Shown piece after piece: positions 9,259 through 17,217 of a stretch of 64,000 nucleotides of DNA. The DNA is from an uncultured delta proteobacterium. Its GTDB lineage: Bacteria > Desulfobacterota > Binatia > DP-6. Each line of letters starts with the position of its first letter. Positions within the stretch are counted from its first letter, which is position 1. The translations under genes and the position numbers were made by a program. The notes beneath the pieces were generated by a model, which saw only the letters and a program-made list of their open reading frames with translations, made no database searches and was not told the DNA's origin. Where the stretch lies: positions 928,001 to 992,000 of the forward strand of contig CAWFFN010000009.1 of assembly GCA_963815115.1 (NCBI GenBank). Reading direction: 5' to 3'.

Positions 9259-10914
9259 ATGGACAGAGGACGGTTGTGCGTCGCACTCGCGATGGCGGCG
9301 CTGGTGGTCGGGAACGGTACGGCGGTGGCCGAGAGCCTCGAGCAGCGCGTCGAGCGCATGGAGAAGGAGCTGCAGGAGCTCAAGTCGGAGCTCCGGCGGC
9401 GCGATGCGGCCGATCGCCGGCGGGCGGCCGAGGAGTCGAAGCGCAGGCCCGCCGAGACGGTGGCGGCACCGCCGCCGCCGCCGTCGAAGCCGGGCGCCGT
9501 CGCGGCCGCCCCCGCGCCCGAGCCCGGCACCGAGGCGGCGCGCACGGCCAAGGCGGGCGAGAGCGAGAAGGGCGGCTACCTGCCGAGCTCGCTCCGCGCC
9601 ATCACCGACCGGGTGAAGGTCGGCGGCTACGGCTCGATCCGCTTCGAGGCCAACAGCAACCCGGCCGACAACAACACCTTCACCTACCGCCGCTTCGTGC
9701 TGACCACCGATGCCAACATCGCCCCCCGGCTGCACGCGTACATGGAGCTCGAGCTGGAGCGCTTCCGCGAATTGGAAATCGAGAAGACCCTGCAGCCGAG
9801 CGATGGCGGCCTCGCCGCGACCCAGGCCGTCGAAGCCACCAACGGCTCGGAGATCTCGCTCGAGCAGGCGTGGCTGCAGTACGACGTCCAGGACTGGCTC
9901 AAGTTCCGGGGCGGCGCGGTGCTGGTCCCGGTCGGCCGCTTCAACCTGCACCACGACGACGACCTCTGGGATCTGCCGCGCCGCTCGCTGGTGGATCGCG
10001 GGGTGCCCGTGCTGCCCGTTCCCGCCGCCTGGGACGAGCTGGGCATGGGCTTCCTCGGCGACGTGCCGCTCGGCGACGACATGACGCTCAACTACCAGAC
10101 CTACGTCGTCAACGGCGTGACCCTCGACTACGAGTTCGAGCAGATCGCCCAGACCCGCTTCCCGGACACGCCGCTGCAGGCGATCGAAGTCGAGGTGCAG
10201 CCGTTCACCGGCACCTTCTCGAACGACGTCAAGAACGCGAAGTCCTTCACCGGGCGACTCGCGCTGAGCCCCGCGCTGGGCCACGAGGTGGGCGCCTCCT
10301 GGTACTACGGCCGCTACACGCCGAGCTTCCTGCCCAGCGAGAGCCTGTATTCTCTCGCCGGCGACTGGAAGAGCATCTTCGGGCACTTCGAGGTCGAGGG
10401 CGAGTACGTCTTCACGCACTTCGGCGGCGTCAAGAACGTCGCCACCGGTCTGGCGCGGGTCGCGCGCGAGCAGGAGTCGGAGTTCGAGAACCCGACGCTC
10501 GAGAGCGAGGTCGAGTTCGAGCTCGCCAACATCGCGACGAGCAAGCAGGGATACTGGCTCGACTTCCGCTATCGCTTCTGGCCCGACTTCCTCACCAAGA
10601 GCTTCCTCGGCTGGGAGTTCGAGAACCCGCAGCTCGTCGCCGTGCTGCGCGGCGAGCAGGTGTGGCTGAACGGCTTGGTGGAGGAAGCGGCGTTCGGCGG
10701 GGGCCGGCTCGTCTCGTTCGAGACCGACGACCGGCGGGTCGACCGCATCACCGTCGGCCTGTCGTATCGTCCGGTGCCGCTCGTCGTCTTCCAGCTCGCC
10801 TACGAGTACACGCTCACCAACAGCGGCAAGAGTCTGTCCAGCGTCACGAACTTCATCCCGGGCAACGTCGATCATCAGAGCGCATTCCTGTTCGGCGCCG
10901 CCTTCGGATTCTGA
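9259..10914 (+). CDS. Outer-membrane beta-barrel porin-like protein with N-terminal coiled coil
   Basis: Signal peptide, coiled coil, Pro-rich linker, amphipathic strands (VGGYG, LEQAWLQY, VPVGRFNLHHD) and C-terminal Phe (GAAFGF). Confidence 0.8.
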   Translation: MDRGRLCVALAMAALVVGNGTAVAESLEQRVERMEKELQELKSELRRRDAADRRRAAEESKRRPAETVAAPPPPPSKPGAVAAAPAPEPGTEAARTAKAGESEKGGYLPSSLRAITDRVKVGGYGSIRFEANSNPADNNTFTYRRFVLTTDANIAPRLHAYMELELERFRELEIEKTLQPSDGGLAATQAVEATNGSEISLEQAWLQYDVQDWLKFRGGAVLVPVGRFNLHHDDDLWDLPRRSLVDRGVPVLPVPAAWDELGMGFLGDVPLGDDMTLNYQTYVVNGVTLDYEFEQIAQTRFPDTPLQAIEVEVQPFTGTFSNDVKNAKSFTGRLALSPALGHEVGASWYYGRYTPSFLPSESLYSLAGDWKSIFGHFEVEGEYVFTHFGGVKNVATGLARVAREQESEFENPTLESEVEFELANIATSKQGYWLDFRYRFWPDFLTKSFLGWEFENPQLVAVLRGEQVWLNGLVEEAAFGGGRLVSFETDDRRVDRITVGLSYRPVPLVVFQLAYEYTLTNSGKSLSSVTNFIPGNVDHQSAFLFGAAFGF

Positions 10915-10925
10915 GGAGATGTGAA

Positions 10926-12548
10926 ATGTCGACGATCAAGCTCCTGCTCCTGCTGCTCGTGCTCCTCGGCCCCGCCGTCGCGCGGGCCGACGACGACGAG
11001 GGCGGCGGAGAGGAGGCCGATCCCCCCGAGGTGGTGATCGGCGAGCGGCTCTTCCTGGAGACACGCTTCGCCCAGTTCTTCCAGGCCCACGCCGGCGGCA
11101 ACATGAACGCGGTGCTCGCGCAGGGCGATCCGGTGATGAACACGCTCGATACGACGGCGGGGCCGATCGCCGCTCCGTTCCCGGGCGCCGGCATGAACTG
11201 CCGGCAGTGTCACCTGGTCGACGACGCCAAGGAGACGCCCGGGGGCGGCAATCGCAGCTATGCCGACTTCGCGCGCCACAGCCCCATCCCGGCACGCGAG
11301 GACGGCCGCACGATGACGCCGCGCAACTCCCCGCCGCTGGTCAACGCCAGCCTCGCGCGCGGGCGACCGTTCTTCCTGCACTTCGACGGCGAGTTCCCCT
11401 CCACCGCCGCCCTCGTCGAGGGCACCCTCACCGGACGCAACTTCGGCTGGCTGCCGAACGAGCGCGGGCAGGCCGTGGCGCACATCGCCGCCGTGATCCG
11501 GGGCGACGACGGCACGGGTCAGCTGGCGGCCGACAACGGCGGCGCGTACCGCCGCGTGCTCGGTGGCAGCGACCCGTCCATCCCGAAGGAGCTCCGGCTG
11601 CCGAAGCGGTTTCGCATCGACGTCGATCGCGCGAGCGACGATCAGATCCTGCGCGCGGTGGCGCGCCTGATCTCCGCCTACGTCGAGTCGCTCGAGTTCG
11701 AGAACGCGTCACCCTACGACCGCTTCCTCGAGAAGAACGGCCTGCCGACCGAGCCGCGCGAGTTCGAGTCGACGGCCGACTACCTGAAGCGGCTCAAATT
11801 CCTGATGGGCGAGCACGGGGACCCCGAGCCGATCACCGATGCGGACGGCGCCTTCCAGCTGCACGAGCAGCAGTTCGTCTTCGGCGCGGACGAGCTCGAG
11901 GGCCTGCGCATCTTCCTGGACCGCGGGCGTGGCAACTGCGTCTCCTGCCATCCGCCGCCGGACTTCACCGACTTCAGCTTCCACAACACGGGCGTGGCGC
12001 AGGAGGAGTACGACGCGCTGCACGGCGCAGGCAGCTTCGCGGCCCTCGCCATTCCCGACCCGGCGATCCGCAAGGCCGATCCCGATGCCTTCCTGCCGGC
12101 GACGGCCCTTCATCCCGCCGCGCTGGAGCCCTTCCGGGCGATCCCGGCGGCGGATGCGCCGGGACGCACCGACCTGGGCATGTGGAATCTGCTGGAGAAC
12201 CCGGACTATTCCGGCCGCACGTACCAGCGTCACCTCGAGCGCATGGTGTGCGCGTCGCAGGGGTCGCCGGCGAGCTGCCGCCGGGCGCCGGACGCGCTCC
12301 TCGCCGCCTCGATCGCCCTCTTCAAGACGCCCGGGCTACGCGACCTCGGGCACTCCGGACCGTATCTGCACAACGGCTCGAAGGACGCCCTCGAGGACGT
12401 CGTGCGGTTCTACGCCAACGCGTCGGCCCTGGCTCGGGCAGGCCAGCTGCGCAACGGCGCGCGTGAGCTGCGGGACATGCACATCGGCGACGGTGACGTC
12501 GTCCCCCTGGCGGCGTTCCTGCGGGCCCTCAACGAGGACTACGAGTAG
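10926..12548 (+). CDS. Di-heme cytochrome c peroxidase/MauG-family protein (atypical)
   Basis: GAGGAG RBS, signal peptide, IGERLF, CRQCH, RNSPPLVN, GNCVSCH, FHNTG, FKTPGLRDL...PYLHNG. Confidence 0.88.
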   Translation: MSTIKLLLLLLVLLGPAVARADDDEGGGEEADPPEVVIGERLFLETRFAQFFQAHAGGNMNAVLAQGDPVMNTLDTTAGPIAAPFPGAGMNCRQCHLVDDAKETPGGGNRSYADFARHSPIPAREDGRTMTPRNSPPLVNASLARGRPFFLHFDGEFPSTAALVEGTLTGRNFGWLPNERGQAVAHIAAVIRGDDGTGQLAADNGGAYRRVLGGSDPSIPKELRLPKRFRIDVDRASDDQILRAVARLISAYVESLEFENASPYDRFLEKNGLPTEPREFESTADYLKRLKFLMGEHGDPEPITDADGAFQLHEQQFVFGADELEGLRIFLDRGRGNCVSCHPPPDFTDFSFHNTGVAQEEYDALHGAGSFAALAIPDPAIRKADPDAFLPATALHPAALEPFRAIPAADAPGRTDLGMWNLLENPDYSGRTYQRHLERMVCASQGSPASCRRAPDALLAASIALFKTPGLRDLGHSGPYLHNGSKDALEDVVRFYANASALARAGQLRNGARELRDMHIGDGDVVPLAAFLRALNEDYE

Positions 12549-14484
12549 GAAGGGGCACGCGTAGCGGGTTCGGCCCGGGGGGCCAGAGGCCGTGCTCGAC
12601 GGCCTCGGCCCCGCGGAAGACCACGAAGCTCTCGCCGCCGTAGTGGGGCAGCGGTCTGGCGATGGCGCGGAGGGCGTCGGCGCCGTCCGCCGCCACGACG
12701 GCGATCGGCGCCCGGTCGCGTCGTCGAGCCGCCCAGACGCGTGCCGTGCCCTTGCCGGCCAGCGCCGGCGGCGGCCCGTCGAGCTGCGCGCGGGCCAGCT
12801 GCGCCGCGACGTCGTCCGTGGTGCCGACCACCAGGACGGCCCCCGGCGGGAGCGCGCCGCCGGGGGCCTCGGCGACCGTCGGCGGGCGCTCGAAGAACCG
12901 CGCCGCCAGCTCGCGCGCCGCGGTCCGGGTCGCCTGGTCGGATCCCGCGAGCACCGTCTCCGCCGTCGGGTCGAAGGCGACCTCGCGCAGGATGGGCGGG
13001 ATCTCGGCGGGAGCGAGACGCCGGAAGAGGCGGAGGTCGGGGTCGACGGCGAGCGCCCGGGGCTCGGCCGTGACGTCGACGGCGAACGTCCGCGTGGTCT
13101 CGGCGAGGTACAGCGTCCTGCCCACCGGTCCGGCCGCGGTCTCGACGGTCACCGGGACGCCCAGCACGTACGGCGGCTCGTCCTGCGTGAGCGCGAACGA
13201 GACGCGAGCGGGCTCGGAGGCGACGTCGCCGAGCCCCAGGCGCGGCGCCCCGGGCCGGCGCAGCCACTGGGTGAAGAACGGCGTCAGCGAGCGGCTGGCG
13301 GCGGAGGCGAATGCGGCTTCGAGATCGTTCCAGGTCGCGGCCTCGAAGCGATGCGCCTGCCAGAAGCGCCGCACGCCGGTCGCGAACGCCTCCGGCCCGA
13401 TCTGGTCGCGCAGCATCTCGAAGACGAACGCCGCCTTGTGATAGCCGGTGGCCTGCGACGCGGTGTGCATGCGTCCCCGGAAGCTGTCGAGGGGGCGATC
13501 CTCGGCCGCCGGCAGGACCGCGAACTCGCGCAGCCAGGCGAGACGCTGGTCGCGCGCGGCCTCCTCGCCACGGCGCTCCGTGAACGTGTAGTCGGCCATG
13601 AAGGTGGTGAGGCCCTCCGCCCAGTTGCCGTCGCGACCGTCGACGCGCACCCCCTCGCCCCACCACGAGTGCAGCACCTCGTGTCCCAGCGAGGTGGCGG
13701 GGATGAAGGGCAGCCGCAGCACCCGCGCGCCCATGTAGGTCATGCCCGGAAACGCGAGCCCGACCGGAAGCGGGCTCGAGACGATCGAGAAGCCGGGGTA
13801 CGGATAGCCGCCGATCCAGCCGTCGTAGAGATCGAGGTAGTCCGCGGTGCGCTCGAGATAGGTGTCGGCGAGATCGGCGGCAGCGGCGTCGAAGTAGGTG
13901 CGAAGGCGCCAGCCGCGATGGATGCGCTCCGAGACGCGGTACGGCCCGGCGAAGAGCGGCAGGTCCGCCACCGGCGCGATCGACGCGAAGCTCGCCCGGT
14001 AGCGCCCTCCGTCGGTGGTCTCCGAGGTCAGGCGACCCGGAGTGAGGGCGCGCTGCGGATCCGGGACGTCGATCGTGACCTCGTAGGTGAAGAGGCCGCC
14101 GAAGGTCGGGAACCAGCCGTCGGGCAGGTACGATCCGTCCGTCCCGGCGACGGGACCGGTGACGTCGGCCGCCTCGGGAGGCGAGGCCACGTGCCCCCGG
14201 TACTCGACCACCACGTCGTGCCGGGCGTCCTGGTCGAGGGCGATCCGTCCGCCGCGCATCCCGACCTGGGCCGGCTTGCCGTCGACGACGAGTCGAACGA
14301 TCGCGAACCCGGGCGCCAGCTTGAAGGCGGCCGGCCCGCGGCCGCGAAGCGCGATACGGTCGGTACCCTGGAGCGCGCGCTGTGCCGGCTCGAACCGCAG
14401 CTCGAGCACGTGATGCACCGGAGCGTCGGCGGCGAGGGCCCGCGCCGCGAGCGCGAGCGCCAGGAGAGCGCCGGCGCGGGTCAC
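12529..14484 (-). CDS. Secreted M1-family metallo-aminopeptidase
   Basis: Signal peptide, GHEVLHSWWG...NWAEGLTTF zinc motif, YHKAAFVFEML, FFTQWL. Confidence 0.88.
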   Translation of the reverse strand: MTRAGALLALALAARALAADAPVHHVLELRFEPAQRALQGTDRIALRGRGPAAFKLAPGFAIVRLVVDGKPAQVGMRGGRIALDQDARHDVVVEYRGHVASPPEAADVTGPVAGTDGSYLPDGWFPTFGGLFTYEVTIDVPDPQRALTPGRLTSETTDGGRYRASFASIAPVADLPLFAGPYRVSERIHRGWRLRTYFDAAAADLADTYLERTADYLDLYDGWIGGYPYPGFSIVSSPLPVGLAFPGMTYMGARVLRLPFIPATSLGHEVLHSWWGEGVRVDGRDGNWAEGLTTFMADYTFTERRGEEAARDQRLAWLREFAVLPAAEDRPLDSFRGRMHTASQATGYHKAAFVFEMLRDQIGPEAFATGVRRFWQAHRFEAATWNDLEAAFASAASRSLTPFFTQWLRRPGAPRLGLGDVASEPARVSFALTQDEPPYVLGVPVTVETAAGPVGRTLYLAETTRTFAVDVTAEPRALAVDPDLRLFRRLAPAEIPPILREVAFDPTAETVLAGSDQATRTAARELAARFFERPPTVAEAPGGALPPGAVLVVGTTDDVAAQLARAQLDGPPPALAGKGTARVWAARRRDRAPIAVVAADGADALRAIARPLPHYGGESFVVFRGAEAVEHGLWPPGPNPLRVPLPTRSPR

Positions 14485-15653
14485 CGTGGCCGCTCGAAGC
14501 GCGCGATCACCCGCCGGTCGCCGCCGCCGCGCCGGACGACGAGCGGGAGCCAGGTGCCGGGCGGCTGGACGTCGACCATGGCGCGCAGGTCCTCGGGGCT
14601 CGTCACCGCCGCGCCCGCGGCCTCGACGATCACGTCCCCGCGCCGGAGGCCGGCCGTGGCAGCGACGCTGCCCGGCGTCACCTCGGTGATCCGCACGCCG
14701 CGCTTCGCCGGCGCGAGCGCGACGCCGAGCCGGGGCCGCGATTCGGGCTTCTCGGCGCTCGGCGCGATGCCGAACACCGCGTCGGCGAGGTCGGGAGCGA
14801 GCGCGCCGCAATCGCGCGTGGTGTCCCAGGGCAGGAGGACGGTCACGTCGCGGGCCCCGAGCGCGGCGAGCTGGTGAGGCACGCCGTGACCGTGCTCGAG
14901 ATGCCCGCTCCCCATGATGCCGATCACGACGGAGCCAGGGTGCGCGCGGGCCGCCGTCACGAGGCCTTCCGCGAGGGCGCGGTCCCAGGTGAGCTGGGCC
15001 TCGACGAACCGCTTCCGGCTCGCCTCGTCGCTGCCCTGCTTGCCGGCGTGCGCGGCCAGGGCGTCGGAGAGCGTGGCCTCGTAGGCGGGGCTCGCGGGCG
15101 CGGGGTCGGATATCCCCTCGCGCTCGGCGGGGGGCACGGCGGCCCAGCCCTCACGTCCCACCCGTGTCACCAGTGCCCGATCCACGTTGAGCGCCCGCAC
15201 GGGCACGCGGTTCAGCCGGGCGAACTGGAGGAGCGGCAGGTAGAGCCCGGGAGGAAACCCCCACACGCGCTGCCAGTCGGTGTCGCGCAGCAGGGATCGC
15301 TCGTCGAGCTCACCGGCAACCCAGCGGTCGAGCACGGGCTGGGCGCGGCGCGGGAACATCTCGAAGCCCAGCACGACCGCCGGATGCTCGGCGGCGATGG
15401 CCGCCACGGTCTGCAGCTGCCAGCGGTGGTCATCGGGTCGATCGTGGTACTCGCCGAGGAGCACGATGCGCGAGCGCGCGGCGCGGGCGATGACCGCGGG
15501 CGCCGGCTGCTCGGCGCCGGAGGCGGGGAGCACCCACCGTCCGGGTGGCACGCAGGCCCCCGTCAGGGCACCCGCGCGGCCGGGCTTCGGAGCACGGCCG
15601 CACCCCGCGGCGAGCAGGGCGAGCACCACGACGGCGCACGAGACCCGAGGCAC
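14481..15653 (-). CDS. ChaN/PhuW-like iron-regulated lipoprotein with C-terminal PDZ domain
   Basis: Lipobox LAAGC, LLGEYHD...HRWQL, GFEMF, AQLTWDRALA, GSGH, and PDZ motif GSVAATAGLRRGDVI. Confidence 0.88.
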   Translation of the reverse strand: MPRVSCAVVVLALLAAGCGRAPKPGRAGALTGACVPPGRWVLPASGAEQPAPAVIARAARSRIVLLGEYHDRPDDHRWQLQTVAAIAAEHPAVVLGFEMFPRRAQPVLDRWVAGELDERSLLRDTDWQRVWGFPPGLYLPLLQFARLNRVPVRALNVDRALVTRVGREGWAAVPPAEREGISDPAPASPAYEATLSDALAAHAGKQGSDEASRKRFVEAQLTWDRALAEGLVTAARAHPGSVVIGIMGSGHLEHGHGVPHQLAALGARDVTVLLPWDTTRDCGALAPDLADAVFGIAPSAEKPESRPRLGVALAPAKRGVRITEVTPGSVAATAGLRRGDVIVEAAGAAVTSPEDLRAMVDVQPPGTWLPLVVRRGGGDRRVIARFERPR

Positions 15654-15704
15654 GCCCCGGAGGATTGCCGCTCGCGCCGCCGGATGCCAGCGCCGCGCGA
15701 CGGC

Positions 15705-16301
15705 TCAGGGCGTCGGTCCGCCCTGGCCCTTCACCTTGAACTTCGACCCGAAGAGCCCGGCGATGTAGGGCTTGAGCCCCGCCGGCACGGAGAGCTGGTC
15801 CATCACGTCGTCCGCGCTCTTGCAGCCGTACGACCACTTGAACGCCGCGCCGCTGCTCTTGGCCGATGCGTCGCCCTTGCATCCCGTCACGACCCCGTAA
15901 CGCTCGAACGGGCTGGTGAAGGTGTAGGGAGCGGGCGGCACCGCGAGCGTGATGCTGAAGAAGAGCTGGTCCTTCTGGGAGAGCGAGAATCCCGTGTCGG
16001 AACGGCTCACCTTGTCGGGCTCGTAGATCCGGAACCCGATGTTGTCCACGCCGGGAAACTCGTGGACGACGCTGAACGACTCGCGTCGTGCGGCCATGGC
16101 CGAGCTCAGCGGAGGCACCTCGTCGAGGACCACGAAGACGTAGTCGTGCGCGGCATTGGAGGAGGGACCGGGGACCAGGAACGACTCGAAGGGAATGTCG
16201 AGGAGGTCGCTGCGATCCTGCGCCCTCGCCACTCCGGACATCAGCAGCAGTCCCCCGACCACGGCCGCAACGAATCCGGTCAGCACGGCTGTCCGTCGCA
16301 T
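15705..16301 (-). CDS. Secreted hypothetical protein
   Basis: GAGGAGG RBS, signal peptide ending ARA, coding-like codon use. No family recognised. Confidence 0.75.
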   Translation of the reverse strand: MRRTAVLTGFVAAVVGGLLLMSGVARAQDRSDLLDIPFESFLVPGPSSNAAHDYVFVVLDEVPPLSSAMAARRESFSVVHEFPGVDNIGFRIYEPDKVSRSDTGFSLSQKDQLFFSITLAVPPAPYTFTSPFERYGVVTGCKGDASAKSSGAAFKWSYGCKSADDVMDQLSVPAGLKPYIAGLFGSKFKVKGQGGPTP

Positions 16302-16392
16302 GAGCGTGCCCTCCTCTCGCGGGGCGATACCCCAAGCGCTCGACCAAGGTCAAGTGAAAAACGGCAACAGAGCTGGGAACCTTGTTGGCTCT

Positions 16393-17217
16393 CTACTCGT
16401 TGCCGATTGGAGCGGCAGCGGCCTGGTCGGCCTGAGCCGCTCCGCGTGGATCTCCTCGCCGGGCGTAGAGCCGCGCCAGGTGGAAGTGGGCCTTGCGATA
16501 GTCCGGTCGGAGCTCGAGGGCGCGCAGGAGATGGGCCTCGGCCTCGCCCTCGCGGCCGTCGTCCAGCTCGACGAGGGCCAGGTTCAGGTATGCCTCCGGC
16601 AGCGAGGCGTCGAGGACCAGCGCCGCCCGGTAGTCCGCCTCCGCCTCCGCCGTCCGCCGGAGCGCCGCCTCCGTCACGCCGCGATCGACGAGGAGGCCGG
16701 GATCGCGTGGCGCCGCGTCGACGAGCGTGTCGTACTCCCGCAGCGCGTTCGCCTGGCGCCCGATGCTGCCGTACAGCTCGGCCAGCCGACGGCGGTAGGC
16801 CTGGGTCACGCGCCGCTCGGCGACGACGGACTCGTACAGCGTGACGGCGCGCTCGAGGTTGCCGTGCTCGGCGGCGATCTCCGCCAGGACCACCCGGTGC
16901 TCGACCGGCGGGTCGGCGACGGCCTCGAGCATCCGCACTGCCTGCGGGGCCCGCCGATCCCGGCGCAGCAGCTCGGCGAGCACGGCCCGGCTCTGCACCA
17001 GGCGTCGTCCCGGCGGAGCGCCGCGCGCGCGTTCCTCGAGCGCCGGGATCGCCGCCCCGGGTCCGTGCTCGCCTGCGTCGGCGAGCGCCGTCAGCGCCAG
17101 CGCCCCGTCGTGGTACGGGTCGGCCGCGAGCACCGGCGCGAGCGTCGTGCGTGCGTCCGCGAATCGCCGCAGCTCGATCAGGGCACGGGCGCGCACCAGG
17201 CGTGCCCGCGGAGGGGG
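16393..17217 (-). CDS. TPR-repeat C-terminal part of the adjacent sulfatase-fold gene, separated by a frameshift
   Basis: TPR helices (AEADYRAALVLDASLPEAYLNLA...ALELRPDYRKAHFHLARLY). The coding frame continues from the G7 run at 17213-17219. Confidence 0.75.
   Translation of the reverse strand, partial: PPPRARLVRARALIELRRFADARTTLAPVLAADPYHDGALALTALADAGEHGPGAAIPALEERARGAPPGRRLVQSRAVLAELLRRDRRAPQAVRMLEAVADPPVEHRVVLAEIAAEHGNLERAVTLYESVVAERRVTQAYRRRLAELYGSIGRQANALREYDTLVDAAPRDPGLLVDRGVTEAALRRTAEAEADYRAALVLDASLPEAYLNLALVELDDGREGEAEAHLLRALELRPDYRKAHFHLARLYARRGDPRGAAQADQAAAAPIGNE

Noticed and set aside
9276-10925. 1090-aa ORF suggesting a giant peroxidase fusion
   Set aside because: The first 550 codons are an Arg/Ala-rich shadow frame of the porin gene. 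The real start is ATG 10926 with an RBS and signal peptide.
16369-16392. AGAGC...GCTCT hairpin after the TPR gene
   Set aside because: Only a 5-bp stem with a large loop, too weak to call a terminator.
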